A DNA stretch of 64,000 nt from Nitrospirota bacterium (GTDB lineage Bacteria > Nitrospirota > Thermodesulfovibrionia > Thermodesulfovibrionales > SM23-35): NCBI GenBank assembly GCA_963796125.1, contig CAWCKM010000045.1, forward strand, positions 30,226 through 94,225. The letters run 5' to 3'. The notes below the pieces were generated by a model. That model worked only from the letters and a program-made list of their open reading frames with translations. It did not search any database and was not told the origin of the DNA. Positions 20,084 to 30,959 of the stretch are shown one piece after another (positions within the stretch are counted from its first letter, which is position 1; each line of letters begins with the position of its first letter). A program made the translations under genes and the position numbers.

Positions 20084-21431
20084 ATGGCCATAATGAAATC
20101 GTCTCGACCGCGACGTAATACTCCATGCCTTTGATTGGCACTATGCCGACATAGTCAATAACGCGGAAAAGATAGCCGGGCTTGGTTACGGGGCAGTACT
20201 GATCCCACCGCCGCTCTACAGCCAGAACGATGAATCAGGAAAAGAATGGTGGCAACGCTACCAACCTAAGGACTATCGCATTCTGCGCTCCTTCCTTGGC
20301 AATAAGGCCGATCTCGAAAGGGCCATTGCCGCCTTGCACGCCAATGGTGTGCGCGTTTACGCTGACATAGTTTTCAACCACATGGCCAATGAAAATCGTC
20401 CTGACTGTGGCAATTTCCCTGGTGATGCCGAACTGCAGCGGTATAAACTGGAACGCGAGGAGTTCGAAAAAGACCGGCTGTACGGAAGTCTCGACGACGG
20501 GCTGTTCTCTCCCTGGGACTTCAACATGGATGGCAACATCCAGAATTGGATGGATCTTCATGAAGCAACCGAACACTCTCTTTGCGGTTTACCTGATCTC
20601 GATATAAATCAATGGGTGATTGATCAGCAGCGGGCATGCCTGCACGCGCTCAACAGGATGCAGATTGACGGTTATCGCATAGACGCCATAAAGCACCTGC
20701 CGGAATATCATATACGGAGCGTATTCGAGACGGCCGATATGGCCGGCAAATATCGGTTCGGTGAGGCACTGACATCGAACGACAAAGAAGAAGGAGCATT
20801 TCTCTGGCCGTTATTCGATAACACCTGCATTTCGTTCTACGATTTTCCCCTGCATGAGACCCTGCGCCGGACCTTTTCTCCGAGCGGCAGCATGCGTGAA
20901 CTTGTCGATCCGGCAGCCTTTCGTCAAGCCTTGCCCTGGGGGCGGGCCGTGACGTTCAGCGTTACCCATGACATGCCGAACAACGACGGTTTCCGCGGAG
21001 TAATGTTGCAGCCGCAGGACGAGTACCTCGCGAATGCCTACCTGATGGGGCGTGACGGCGGCGTGCCGCTTGTCTACTCCGACAACAACCAGAGCGCCGG
21101 GAAGTACCCTGAAGACCGTAATCGTTGGGCAAATTCATGGATGCGCGAGGACATAACGGCAATGATTCGCTTCCACAACGCTGTCCACGGCATGCCGCAG
21201 CGTTCACTCTTCGAGGACGACGGTTTTATCGTCTTTGCCCGTGGCGACCGTGGTATGGTCGCCATCAACAAGACCAATCACTGGCAGCATCCCACCATCT
21301 GGACGTGGGGCCTGCATCAGGGCGCTTATCGTTGTCAAATTCATGGCCATGAAATGGATGTGACCGGTGATCATTTCACCTTTGCCATCCCGCCCCGTGA
21401 AGCCCAGATGTGGCTTTATGCGGGGAAGTAA
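20084..21431 (+). pseudogene. GH13 alpha-amylase, frameshift within the first ~10 codons
   Basis: GH13 regions I-IV are present (DIVFNH, GYRIDAIKH, FGEAL, VTHDMP). The frame is open from 20097 (VILHAFDWHYADI) but the only ATG (20084, MAIMKSS) is in another frame. Confidence 0.85.
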
Positions 21432-21548
21432 CTGTTGCTTCAGAGATAAATAAGCTGTTCAGCGACGAAACAGTACGTACAGTAATGTCCGGTATTTTTG
21501 CAGCAGAAACATTGATGAAGGATGTGTGATGAACTACTATGTTCCGGC

Positions 21549-23357
21549 TTAAACCTGAACTGGCCTTTTTGACTCTGTTTCCCGGATGAGAGCGTCTATT
21601 TCTTCTCCGTCGAGGGTCTCTTTTTCGAGGAGAGCCTTAGCTAATGCATCGAGGAGATCATAATGTTCTGCAAGGATTTTCTTAGATATGCTATAAGCTT
21701 CAAGAACTATTCGTTTAATCTCTTCGTCTATGTCAATTGCGGTCTTTTCGCTATAGTCTTTATGCCTTGATATCTCCTTTCCAAGGAAGATGTGTTCGTC
21801 TTTCTTTCCAAAGGTGAGAGGGCCAAGCTTTTCGGACATTCCCCACTCAGTAACCATCTTTCTTGCGAGATCTGTTGCCCTTTCAAGGTCATTGCCGGCC
21901 CCTGTTGTCGTGTGATGAAGGGCAATTTCTTCTGCAGCCCTGCCACCGAGCAAGATTGAAAGGGCCTTCAAGAGATATTCCTTGGAGTATGTATATCTGT
22001 CATCTATGGGCAACTGCTGTGTTACACCAAGGGCCATCCCCCTCGGGATAATGCTGACCTTGTGTATTGGGTCAGTGCCTGGAGTTAGTTTTGCAACAAG
22101 TGCATGCCCCGCTTCGTGGTAAGCAGTATTATTCTTCTCGGTTTCACTTATGATCATGCTCTTTCTCTCCACACCCATGAGCACCTTGTCTTTTGCTGCC
22201 TCAAAATCAGACCTCTCAACATTGCTCTTTGATTTCCGTGCTGCAAGCAAGGCAGCTTCATTGACGAGATTTGCGAGGTCAGCACCTGAGAAACCGGGTG
22301 TGCCGCGGGCTATCTGTTCAAGGTTAACCTTTTCGTCAAGAGGTATGTTTCTCGTATGAACCTTGAGTATTTCAAGTCTTCCCTTAACATCAGGTCGCGG
22401 GACGACAATCTGTCTGTCAAACCTGCCGGGTCTGAGAAGAGCGGGGTCAAGTACATCAGGCCTGTTGGTAGCTGCGAGAATAATGATCCCCTGGTTGATT
22501 TCAAAGCCGTCCATTTCCACGAGAAGTTGATTCAGGGTCTGTTCACGCTCATCATGTCCTCCACCAAGGCCAGCTCCCCGATGACGGCCAACAGCATCCA
22601 GCTCATCAATAAAGATGATACAGGGTGCATTCTTTTTCGCCTGTTCAAAGAGGTCTCTTACTCTTGATGCGCCGACTCCGACAAAAAGTTCTACAAAGTC
22701 AGAACCGGATATTGAGAAAAACGGCACCCCTGCCTCTCCTGCAATAGCCCTTGCGAGCAAGGTTTTGCCTGTACCGGGTGCTCCGACCAAAAGCACACCT
22801 TTTGGGATCCTGCCGCCAAGCTTCTGGAATTTCTGAGGTGCCTTAAGAAAGTCTATTATTTCCTGAACTTCTGCTTTGGCCTCTTCTATCCCTGCGACGT
22901 CGGAAAATGTTATTTTGACTGATTTTTCAGAGGCCAACCGTGCCTTAGCCTTCCCAAAGGAAAGGGCTCTGTTACCCCCGGTTTGCATCTGTCTCATGAA
23001 AAATATCCATATGGCAGCAAGGAGAATTACGGGTCCCCAGGAGAAGAAGAGATTCCAGTACCAGGGATTTTGTTCTGACGGTTTTACTGTAATTCTTACA
23101 CTCTGAGAACGTAAAACCTTTACAAGGTCAGGATATGCCGGGGCGTAGGTCTTGAACCTTTTGCCGTCTTTGAATTGACCTGTAATATTGCTGTCTTTTA
23201 TAATGACCTCCTCGACTTCTCCTGCATCGAGTTTGGTCATAAACTCTGAAAATATGATTTCATCCCCTGTCTTTTTGGGGGCGCTGAAAAGATTGAAAAG
23301 GAGAATGATCACTATCCCGATAAAGAGCCATATGAAGAGACTTCTGTAAATGTTCAA
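21549..23357 (-). CDS. ftsH: ATP-dependent zinc metalloprotease FtsH
   Basis: 602 aa with two N-terminal TM helices, AAA Walker A GPPGTGKT-like (GAPGTGKT) and the HEAGH zinc motif. Confidence 0.97.
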   Translation of the reverse strand: MNIYRSLFIWLFIGIVIILLFNLFSAPKKTGDEIIFSEFMTKLDAGEVEEVIIKDSNITGQFKDGKRFKTYAPAYPDLVKVLRSQSVRITVKPSEQNPWYWNLFFSWGPVILLAAIWIFFMRQMQTGGNRALSFGKAKARLASEKSVKITFSDVAGIEEAKAEVQEIIDFLKAPQKFQKLGGRIPKGVLLVGAPGTGKTLLARAIAGEAGVPFFSISGSDFVELFVGVGASRVRDLFEQAKKNAPCIIFIDELDAVGRHRGAGLGGGHDEREQTLNQLLVEMDGFEINQGIIILAATNRPDVLDPALLRPGRFDRQIVVPRPDVKGRLEILKVHTRNIPLDEKVNLEQIARGTPGFSGADLANLVNEAALLAARKSKSNVERSDFEAAKDKVLMGVERKSMIISETEKNNTAYHEAGHALVAKLTPGTDPIHKVSIIPRGMALGVTQQLPIDDRYTYSKEYLLKALSILLGGRAAEEIALHHTTTGAGNDLERATDLARKMVTEWGMSEKLGPLTFGKKDEHIFLGKEISRHKDYSEKTAIDIDEEIKRIVLEAYSISKKILAEHYDLLDALAKALLEKETLDGEEIDALIRETESKRPVQV

Positions 23358-23413
23358 TTTTTTACCTCAAAATTATTTTACCATATCAGTTGCTTTTCGG
23401 TAACAGCTTCCTG

Positions 23414-24130
23414 TTACCCTTCCAGCAGCTTCTTTTGTATCCCTATCAGACTATGAATACCGTCTTCAGCAAGTGTTAAAAGACTGTCTAATGTGGCTCT
23501 GGCGAATGTCATTCCCTCAGCAGTTCCCTGTATTTCAACAAATCTGCCGCTTCCTGTCATCACAATATTCATGTCAACTCCTGCTACAGAATCTTCGAGA
23601 TAACAAAGGTCAAGTCTGGGTTCACCATGTATTATGCCAACACTGATGGCAGCAAGATAATCCTTAACAGGGAATTTTTCTATCAGTCCATTTCTTAAAG
23701 CATATCGTAATGCATCAGAAAGGCATATGAAGGCGCCTGTTATTGCTGCAGTCCTCGTTCCTCCGTCTGCCTGTATTACATCGCAATCTATCCATATAGT
23801 CCGTTCACCGAGTAAGGATAGATCAACAACAGACCTGAGAGCTCTTCCGATTAGCCGCTGTATTTCATGGGTTCTTCCACTAATTCTTCCGGCACTGGAC
23901 TCCCTTATAATTCTCGTAGGGGTTGCTCTCGGCAGCATGGAATACTCGGCTGTTATCCATCCCCGTTTCTGATCTTTCATAAAAGGAGGAACCTTTTCTT
24001 CAATTGTAGCAGTGCAAATTAACCTTGTATTTCCCATCTCGATTAGTACTGAGCCTTCAGCAACATCTATGAAGTTTCTCCGAATCTTCACTTCACGAAG
24101 TTCATTGTTTTTTCTTCCATCGGGTCTCAT
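23414..24130 (-). CDS. rph: Ribonuclease PH
   Basis: [16 protein letters not shown]... is a full-length RNase PH. Start set at the ATG at 24130 rather than the upstream TTG of the ORF track. Confidence 0.93.
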   Translation of the reverse strand: MRPDGRKNNELREVKIRRNFIDVAEGSVLIEMGNTRLICTATIEEKVPPFMKDQKRGWITAEYSMLPRATPTRIIRESSAGRISGRTHEIQRLIGRALRSVVDLSLLGERTIWIDCDVIQADGGTRTAAITGAFICLSDALRYALRNGLIEKFPVKDYLAAISVGIIHGEPRLDLCYLEDSVAGVDMNIVMTGSGRFVEIQGTAEGMTFARATLDSLLTLAEDGIHSLIGIQKKLLEG

Positions 24131-24282
24131 TGATCCTCCATTTCTTGTGTAACCAACAATCAAATACCAGATTCCAACTGGTTTAACGACTACTTGTAGT
24201 ATACCGGATACCGTTATTTTAGCTTATCCAGCAATTCCAATATTACCTGTCAGAGACAAGAAATTCCTTGATATCTATGCAG

Positions 24283-25113
24283 TTAGAGTTCTTTAATCAA
24301 TTCGATATGTTCTATCTTATTTTCAAGGAACCTTTCTCCGACTTTTACAAACCTAACAGGTGAATCAGTTACATAGAATTCTCTGGGAGGGGATACCTCT
24401 TGTTTACGGTTTAACCCTGAAGTCTCGAGGATTGTCCTTACATCCTTTGCTACCTCAACAGCAGAATCTATAAGACTTACAGTTTCGCCCATTACTTTTG
24501 ATATCACTTTTTTCAGCAGCGGATAATGAGTACATCCGAGTACAAGAGTGTCTATATCTTTATTTTTTATTTCCTTCAGATATTTTTCCGCAATCAGGGA
24601 AGTGATTTCTCCGTCTGTCCATCCTTCCTCAACGAGTGGTACAAAGAGAGGACAGGGAAGTGCGGTTACCTCTACATCTTTGTCAATGGCTTGAATCAGC
24701 ATTTTATAGGAATCACTCCGTACTGTTGCCTCAGTGCCAATAATCCCGATTTTCTTATTCCTTGTCGCCTTGACAGCAGCCTTTGCTCCCGGTTCGATGA
24801 CTCCAATTACAGGTATTGGCACAACACTTTTAATTTTATCGAGGCTAACGGAAGAAGCAGTATTACAGGCTACCACCAGGAATTTAATATCCTTTGAAAA
24901 CAGGAACCTCGTGTTTTCCAGAGAATACCGGACAACTGTTTCCGGTGACCTTATTCCATAGGGGACTCTGGCAGTATCTCCGAGATAAATAGTACCTTCA
25001 GAAGGCATCTCTTTTATTATTTCTTTTAAGACGGTAAGACCGCCTATTCCGGAATCGAAGACTCCAATCGGCCTGTTTTTGTTATTCATAGCGAACCCTT
25101 TGAAATTACTCAT
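24283..25113 (-). CDS. murI: Glutamate racemase
   Basis: IGVFDSGIGGLTV, VVACNTAS and LGCTHYP catalytic-cysteine motifs. Confidence 0.92.
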   Translation of the reverse strand: MSNFKGFAMNNKNRPIGVFDSGIGGLTVLKEIIKEMPSEGTIYLGDTARVPYGIRSPETVVRYSLENTRFLFSKDIKFLVVACNTASSVSLDKIKSVVPIPVIGVIEPGAKAAVKATRNKKIGIIGTEATVRSDSYKMLIQAIDKDVEVTALPCPLFVPLVEEGWTDGEITSLIAEKYLKEIKNKDIDTLVLGCTHYPLLKKVISKVMGETVSLIDSAVEVAKDVRTILETSGLNRKQEVSPPREFYVTDSPVRFVKVGERFLENKIEHIELIKEL

Positions 25114-25852
25114 TTTCCTTGTTCTTTTGGACGTTATCTAATTTATCGGTTTCGTAGGAAACCATGTCTTTCAAAGGATAGGAAAGGTAGAGGTGGCCTC
25201 CAAGCGTCTCTCTCTCCCCCCCATCTATGAGCACTTTTACATCTTCAATCTCACCTAAATTTGCGCTTAGGCTTTCGTACAGTCCTTTAAGAAAAAGAAA
25301 TTCAGTAAGGGCATCGCCCTGAAAATTTCTCCTTAATTCATCCGATAAATCGACATAAAGCATCTTGTTTTCATCCAGATAAATACCAAGGAGATGTGTA
25401 TCTTTTGGCATGTCTGACGTCTTTATGCCTGCAGGTCCTTTGAGGAATTCTTCAACAATAGCTTCTGCAATTGCTATCCGGGTAGTTCTCCTCTGAAGCC
25501 TTCTCTCTTCAATCTGAAGCTGATTGCCTACGGGATAATAAATCTTCAGGGTGAAAAGGTCTTCCACAGGAGGTAAAGAAGCAACTCTTTCTTCAGGGAC
25601 TTGTTTGTGGGGAGCTCTTGAAAAATACCAATACCCTCCCGCAAGACCACCTAAGAAAAGCAGGACCAGCACCATGATGATAGACAACTTTTTTGTATTC
25701 ACACTATACCCATTTCTGATATGAACAGAGAACGATAAGCATTTAAGGGTGCTGAGGGCAAAGAATGCATAGTTATATAACTCTATGTTCTTAGCTCTAC
25801 GCTCTCTGTTATCCTTATTGTCCATAAGTAGCCAACCCACTTGTAATGGCAT
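25106..25852 (-). CDS. GerMN domain-containing (lipo)protein
   Basis: TM/signal segment followed by a GerMN-like domain (LKIYYP..., LYVDLS..., VKVLIDGGE). The start codon is uncertain (alternatives at 25825 and 25702). Confidence 0.65.
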   Translation of the reverse strand: MPLQVGWLLMDNKDNRERRAKNIELYNYAFFALSTLKCLSFSVHIRNGYSVNTKKLSIIMVLVLLFLGGLAGGYWYFSRAPHKQVPEERVASLPPVEDLFTLKIYYPVGNQLQIEERRLQRRTTRIAIAEAIVEEFLKGPAGIKTSDMPKDTHLLGIYLDENKMLYVDLSDELRRNFQGDALTEFLFLKGLYESLSANLGEIEDVKVLIDGGERETLGGHLYLSYPLKDMVSYETDKLDNVQKNKENE

Positions 25853-26768
25853 TGAGCAATCGCATCTTCATAGGCTGATCATACGTGATAAACTGTGGTG
25901 AAGGGTATTCGATGACAGCGGAAGTGGTACCGATAGAAATGAGAATGGGGAGAGACATTTCCCTGTAAATAACACTCTTCTTAAATTCATCTTTGAGAGC
26001 CTTTCCAATGCTCTCGGAAAGGGCTTTGCTTTTTCCTATATATTTTTTCTGCCTTGATGAAAGACTGTACTGGTCAACCATCTCATTTGATCCCTCTGTT
26101 CTAAACTTAGGAAGATAAAGGACAAAATTATCTGACATCGAAGAATGGATGCTTAAAAAGATATCAGGTGTTTTTTGATTGGCAAACTTTACTCTTTCAA
26201 GGAGCGACATATATTGGTCTCCCTTGCGTGTAAGAAAGACTTTCTTAGCCTTCTTCGAAAGGACAGTATCTAAATCCTGTGCCAGACTGAGATTAATATC
26301 TTTTTCTTTCATGTCATGCGAAGTGATACCATAATCGTAGCCGCCATGCCCCGCATCAATGACAAAGGTCTTAAAAGGTATCTGTACGGATTGCTTCTCT
26401 CCCCTCTGTATATCCAATACAATTCTTGCCGGGGAAGAAAGCTTAAAAAGTTTTATTTCCCCCTTTTCTTTTAGATTTATCGTCAACAATTTATTCGTTG
26501 ACGATATCTCAAAAGGGAGTTCTTCCGGCGACCTCAGATGAAATAGACCGGGGAACTCTATTCTTATTTGGGATGCCGAAGTAGTTGTTTTAGTGTTTGT
26601 CAGGAATAGTTCTTCAGATTCCAGAACAATACGCATTGTCCTGTCCTGTGTGCTGAACTTCAACAGGACATCTGTCTTTTTCTGGGCAAACAGAGGGGCT
26701 GCGACAACCAATAGAAGCAAAAATAAAAAGAGTCCTCTTTTTATCCATGTATTAATTTTTCCTGTCAT
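25815..26768 (-). CDS. N-acetylmuramoyl-L-alanine amidase (AmiC-like)
   Basis: VIDAGHGGYDYG...DIFLSIHS amidase_3 motifs. Start moved to the ATG at 26768 (MTGKINTW... signal peptide), because the ORF-track N-terminus runs into the tmRNA gene. Confidence 0.85.
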   Translation of the reverse strand: MTGKINTWIKRGLFLFLLLLVVAAPLFAQKKTDVLLKFSTQDRTMRIVLESEELFLTNTKTTTSASQIRIEFPGLFHLRSPEELPFEISSTNKLLTINLKEKGEIKLFKLSSPARIVLDIQRGEKQSVQIPFKTFVIDAGHGGYDYGITSHDMKEKDINLSLAQDLDTVLSKKAKKVFLTRKGDQYMSLLERVKFANQKTPDIFLSIHSSMSDNFVLYLPKFRTEGSNEMVDQYSLSSRQKKYIGKSKALSESIGKALKDEFKKSVIYREMSLPILISIGTTSAVIEYPSPQFITYDQPMKMRLLNAITSGLATYGQ

Positions 26769-26839
26769 GATATAAAGTGTTCTTCTCCCAAAGTGTTCAG
26801 ATTCATTTGCCAAATTGGAAAAGAATCTTAAGATAATTT

Positions 26840-27186
26840 TGGTGGAGGCGGCGGGAATCGAACCCGCGTCCGAAAGTATGCTAACCCAGGTTTCTACATG
26901 CTTATTCTGCTTTTTCATCTCGGATAATGAAACGCCAGCAGGCGGGCTTTTCATCATCCCATCCCCTTTTGTCTTACCCCAGGGTCAGGAGAAGTACCCT
27001 GAGGCCAGCCTGCTAACCTGCACTATCCCTGAAACACAGGCAATCTCAGGGTAGTGAGCCGCTTTAATTAAGCAGCGAGTGCCAGTTCGTTATTGGCTTT
27101 TGTGTTTGTTTCCGCCTTTTTACATGGTGACGGAACCATGGCATGCTGCCTGAGCCTCATAACCCCCGTCGAGACCTTTCGCCCCC
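26840..27186 (-). ncRNA. ssrA: tmRNA (SsrA), tag peptide ANNELALAA
   Basis: 5' GGGGGCGAAAGGTCTCGACGGGGG and 3' GGTTCGATTCCCGCCGCCTCCACCA with a G3:U acceptor pair. Internal GCC AAT AAC GAA CTG GCA CTC GCT GCT TAA. Directly downstream of smpB. Confidence 0.93.
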
Positions 27187-27244
27187 GACTTGCCGCAATG
27201 GGTGATAAGTCATGCGTAATGAGCTTCTCACGTAACAAAGCAGT

Positions 27245-27694
27245 TCACGCATTACGACTTTTGATGGCTCTTGCTATTTCTCTTCTTGCATCTTTTTCCT
27301 TTATTGTTTCTCTTTTTTCAAAGAGCTTTTTGCCCCTTGCAAGGGCAATCTCAACCTTTGCAACAGGTCCTTTAAAATATATCTTAAGAGGGATAAGTGT
27401 AAATCCCCTCATTGCTGTTTTACCCCACAGCCTGTTTATTTCTTTTCGGTGCAGAAGGAGTTTCCTCGTTCTCAGAGGATCATGATTCATAATATTTCCA
27501 TGACTGTAATGGCTTATGTGGCAGTTGAGAAGAAAGACCTCATGATCTTTAATTATTACATAACTTTCCTTTACATTTGCTTTTCCTTCCCTGAGAGACT
27601 TTACCTCAGTCCCTGAGAGGGCAATCCCTGCCTCAAACGTTTCTTCTATATGGTAGTCGTGGTAGGCCTTCCTGTTCTGGCAGATAACCTTCAT
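27245..27694 (-). CDS. smpB: SsrA-binding protein SmpB
   Basis: 149 aa. [27 protein letters not shown] is the canonical SmpB N-terminus. Confidence 0.95.
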   Translation of the reverse strand: MKVICQNRKAYHDYHIEETFEAGIALSGTEVKSLREGKANVKESYVIIKDHEVFLLNCHISHYSHGNIMNHDPLRTRKLLLHRKEINRLWGKTAMRGFTLIPLKIYFKGPVAKVEIALARGKKLFEKRETIKEKDARREIARAIKSRNA

Positions 27695-27712
27695 TATTTA
27701 ATTGTAACATTT

Positions 27713-29014
27713 CTAAGATCTGCCTACACAGTAGTATTTAAAACCTTTATCCTTAAGCTTTTGCGGTTCATAGATATTCCTCAAATCAAAGAAATAAGGT
27801 TCCTTAAGAAGCCTCTTGAGTTTGTCGAGTTCGAGGTTTCTGAACTGATTCCATTCAGTCACAATGACAAGGGCATTTGCATCTTTCACTGCATCGTAGG
27901 GATCTTTGCAGTATGTTATGTCAGGGAGAATACTCTGTGTGCTTTTCATGGAAACCGGATCATAAGCTCTAATTTTTGCTTTCTCCTTGAGAAGCTGTTT
28001 GATGATATTGAGGGAAGGAGCTTCCCGAACATCGTCGGTATTCGGTTTAAAAGAAAGCCCAAGGATCGCAATTGTTTTGCCTTTCAGTGGACCCATCGCA
28101 TCCTTAATCTTTTTGGTCATTGAATCTTGTTGCCTTTCGTTAGCTCTAATAGTAGCATCTACAATGCCGAGATCAACACCATGTTCCTCAGCCATCTTCA
28201 AAAGGGCCAAAGTGTCCTTTGGCAGGCAGGAACCACCATAACCAGGCCCAGGATGAAGAAATTTAGGGTTAATTCTCTGGTCGAGACCCATGCCTTTTGC
28301 TACCATATGGACATCAGCTCCTACCTTCTCGCAGAGATTTGCAATTTCGTTGATGAAAGAAATCTTCATTGCGAGAAACGAGTTAGAGGCATACTTGATA
28401 AGCTCTGCACTTTCAATATTGGTAATTACAAAAGGAGTTTCTATGAGGTAAAGTGGTTTGTAAAGGTCCTTCATTATAGAGATAGCCTGCGCGCTGTTTG
28501 CTCCTATCACGACCCTATTCGGTCTCATGAAATCCTCAATTGCAGAGCCTTCTCTGAGGAATTCAGGGTTTGAAACGATATCAAAATCGACCTGCTCTTT
28601 CCGATGCTTTGAGACTATCTTCCTTATCCTGTCGCCTGTTCCCACAGGAACTGTACTCTTAGTAACGATAACCCTGTATCCATTTAGATTTGAGGCTATC
28701 TCTTTGGCAACCTCCTCAACATACTTGAGGTCTGCAGTGCCATCTCCTCTTGGAGGGGTCCCGACAGCTATGAATATAACCAGAGAAGACCTGACAGCTT
28801 CTGCAATATCTGTACTGAAAGTAAGGCGCCCTTGTTTTATGTTTCTCTGTACGAACTCCTCAAGGCCAGGCTCAAAAAAAGGGATAATGCCTTCTTTTAA
28901 AGATCTTATCCTTTTCTTATCCTTATCAATACACGTTACGAAGACACCAAATTCTGCAAAACAGGCTGCTGTGACAAGTCCTACATAGCCCATTCCAATT
29001 ATTCCTATATGCAT
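27713..29014 (-). CDS. ugd: UDP-glucose 6-dehydrogenase family protein
   Basis: IGIIGMGYVGL Rossmann motif and catalytic GGSCLPKD motif. 433 aa. Confidence 0.9.
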   Translation of the reverse strand: MHIGIIGMGYVGLVTAACFAEFGVFVTCIDKDKKRIRSLKEGIIPFFEPGLEEFVQRNIKQGRLTFSTDIAEAVRSSLVIFIAVGTPPRGDGTADLKYVEEVAKEIASNLNGYRVIVTKSTVPVGTGDRIRKIVSKHRKEQVDFDIVSNPEFLREGSAIEDFMRPNRVVIGANSAQAISIMKDLYKPLYLIETPFVITNIESAELIKYASNSFLAMKISFINEIANLCEKVGADVHMVAKGMGLDQRINPKFLHPGPGYGGSCLPKDTLALLKMAEEHGVDLGIVDATIRANERQQDSMTKKIKDAMGPLKGKTIAILGLSFKPNTDDVREAPSLNIIKQLLKEKAKIRAYDPVSMKSTQSILPDITYCKDPYDAVKDANALVIVTEWNQFRNLELDKLKRLLKEPYFFDLRNIYEPQKLKDKGFKYYCVGRS

Positions 29015-29275
29015 ATCTCTCTCCTATTTATTCTCATTTATGGTGCTCAGACAGAACATTAAGGTAAATTCTATCCTCAAAGGGGTTGAATTTACTCAAA
29101 TAGTGTATCCTGCCCTACAGTATAAATATTTTCATGAGATATTGACCACTTTAACTGTAATAAAAGTGCAGCGCTAAAAACAAGCAAAACAAATAACGTA
29201 TTACTTCATTTCAGGTATAATTTATACTGGCATAGTCAAAGGCTACCCTGTAAATCAGTTCGAGGAAATAACCTT

Positions 29276-30046
29276 TTGAACAGAAAAAAAATTTCAGTAT
29301 ATATTATTTCATATAATGAAGAAGCAAAAATTCGAGAGTGCCTCGAAAGTGTAAAGTGGGCTGATGAGATTGTTGTCCTTGACTCTTTCAGTACGGATAA
29401 AACCGTTGAGATATGCCGTGAATATACAGATAAAGTTATCCAGCATGAATTTGCAGGATTTGGTAAGTCCCGAAATGTTGCTGTGCAACATACAAGCTAT
29501 GACTGGGTACTCAGTGTCGATGCAGATGAAAGGGTAACCAGGGAACTGAGAGACGAAATTCTTGAGAAGTTAAAAACTGAACCCGATGCCGATGCATATT
29601 TTGTACCCCGGATAAACTTTTTCTTAGGTCACAGGGTAAGGCATTGTGGATGGTATCCTGATTACCGTCAACTACAGTTCTTTCATAAGGACAGGGTGAA
29701 ATACAGCGACCAGTTAGTGCATGAGGGATTTATCTTATCAGGTGATGCCTCATATCTCCACGGACATATTCTCCATTATCCCTTTATGAATCTGGATCAG
29801 TTCTTCAGGAAGATGGATCTTTACTCTTCTTTACGGGCAGAAGAAATGTTCAGGCAGAATAAGAGATTTAAAATATATCATTTATTTTTCAATCCCTTAT
29901 CAATGTTTATAAAGATCTTTATTCTCAAACGTGGCTTTCTTGACGGGACGGTCGGATTAATGATTTCCATGCTTTACGCCTATTACACATTGGTAAAATA
30001 TGCAAAACTGTGGGAAAAAATCGAGAAGACTAAAGAAACTGACTAA
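29276..30046 (+). CDS. Family 2 glycosyltransferase
   Basis: SVYIISYNEE...VVLDSFSTD...SVDADE GT2 (DxD) motifs. Confidence 0.8.
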   Translation: MNRKKISVYIISYNEEAKIRECLESVKWADEIVVLDSFSTDKTVEICREYTDKVIQHEFAGFGKSRNVAVQHTSYDWVLSVDADERVTRELRDEILEKLKTEPDADAYFVPRINFFLGHRVRHCGWYPDYRQLQFFHKDRVKYSDQLVHEGFILSGDASYLHGHILHYPFMNLDQFFRKMDLYSSLRAEEMFRQNKRFKIYHLFFNPLSMFIKIFILKRGFLDGTVGLMISMLYAYYTLVKYAKLWEKIEKTKETD

Positions 30047-30194
30047 TATGTCTAATTCACAAAGAGAATAAACAAAGGGTATAGTATTTGTCCCAGAATA
30101 GCTCTCATTCATCCTTCCTCACGATCACTACTGGTTATGAGTATCAATGTTTCTCTCCGAAGGGGAGCGTTCACTCGGTATGGTATATTAATGT

Positions 30195-30921
30195 ATGATT
30201 GTTATTCCTGCAATAGATTTGATAGACGGGCAATGCGTCAGGCTTTTCCAGGGTAAAAGGGAGGCTGTAACAACATATTCGAACGATCCCGGAGCTATTG
30301 CAAAACGGTGGGAATCCTTCGGAGCGGAACTTATTCATATTGTTGACCTCGATGGTGCATTCACAGGCAATCAGGCAAACCTTAGATGCTATAAAAAAGA
30401 TCAGAGAATCAGTAGAAATTCCTCTCCAGGTGGGAGGAGGTATAAGGAACATAGAAAGTATCACAAGACTCTTTTCATTAGGTATCGAGAGAGTCATTCT
30501 TGGAACTGCAGCCATAGAAGATCCAGAATTTGTGAAATCTTCCTGCAGTAAATATCCGGGCCGGGTCTTGATAGGCATTGATGCGAAAGATGGAATGGTT
30601 GCTGTTAAAGGATGGAAGGAAGTTACGTCTTTTAATGTAAGGGAGATCGCAGGGCGTTTAGCAGTTGCAGGTGCTGCAGGTATTATTTACACCGATATAG
30701 CACGAGATGGTACACTTTCGGGACCAAATGTTAAAGCTGTAAAGGAGATGGTGGAAAGCGTGAGTATACCGGTAATCGCAGCAGGCGGGGTCTCCAGCAT
30801 CGAAGATATTAAAAAGCTTATGGGGATAAAAAACCTCTGGGGAACAATAACGGGTAAAGCAATTTATTCAGGAACACCTTGATTTGAAGAGGCAATTAAA
30901 CTCGTAATGGGTAAAGTGTAA
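30195..30921 (+). pseudogene. hisA: HisA (ProFAR isomerase): frameshift near 30380 and in-frame TGA at 30880-30882
   Basis: MIVIPAIDLIDGQCVRL... in frame 0, then AIKKIRESVEIPLQVGGGIR... in frame +1. After the TGA the same frame continues FEEAIKLV, the usual HisA C-terminal motif. Confidence 0.88.
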
Positions 30922-30938
30922 TGAGTAAAAGATAGATT
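30904..30938. repeat. Heptanucleotide tandem array, GTAA-phased
   Basis: GTAATGG GTAAAGT GTAATGA GTAAAAG ATAGATT. GTAA occurs at exactly 7-nt spacing (30904, 30911, 30918, 30925) in the hisA-hisF spacer. Confidence 0.9.
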
Positions 30939-30959
30939 ATCACGCTACTGGATTTCAGA

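Noticed and set aside
26815-27485. ORFs 26815-27054 (+), 27093-27485 (+) and the first 63 codons of ORF 25815-26957 (-)
   Set aside because: They overlap the tmRNA gene (26840-27186) or run antisense to smpB. The amidase has a proper signal-peptide start at 26768. These are treated as non-coding translations.
27650-28988. Long plus-strand ORFs (27650-28123, 28127-28573, 28527-28988), with similar antisense ORFs inside ftsH, flgI, flhA, flgK and the PIN gene (14586-15161)
   Set aside because: Each lies opposite a full-length, strongly conserved gene and has low-complexity or odd composition. They are typical shadow ORFs.
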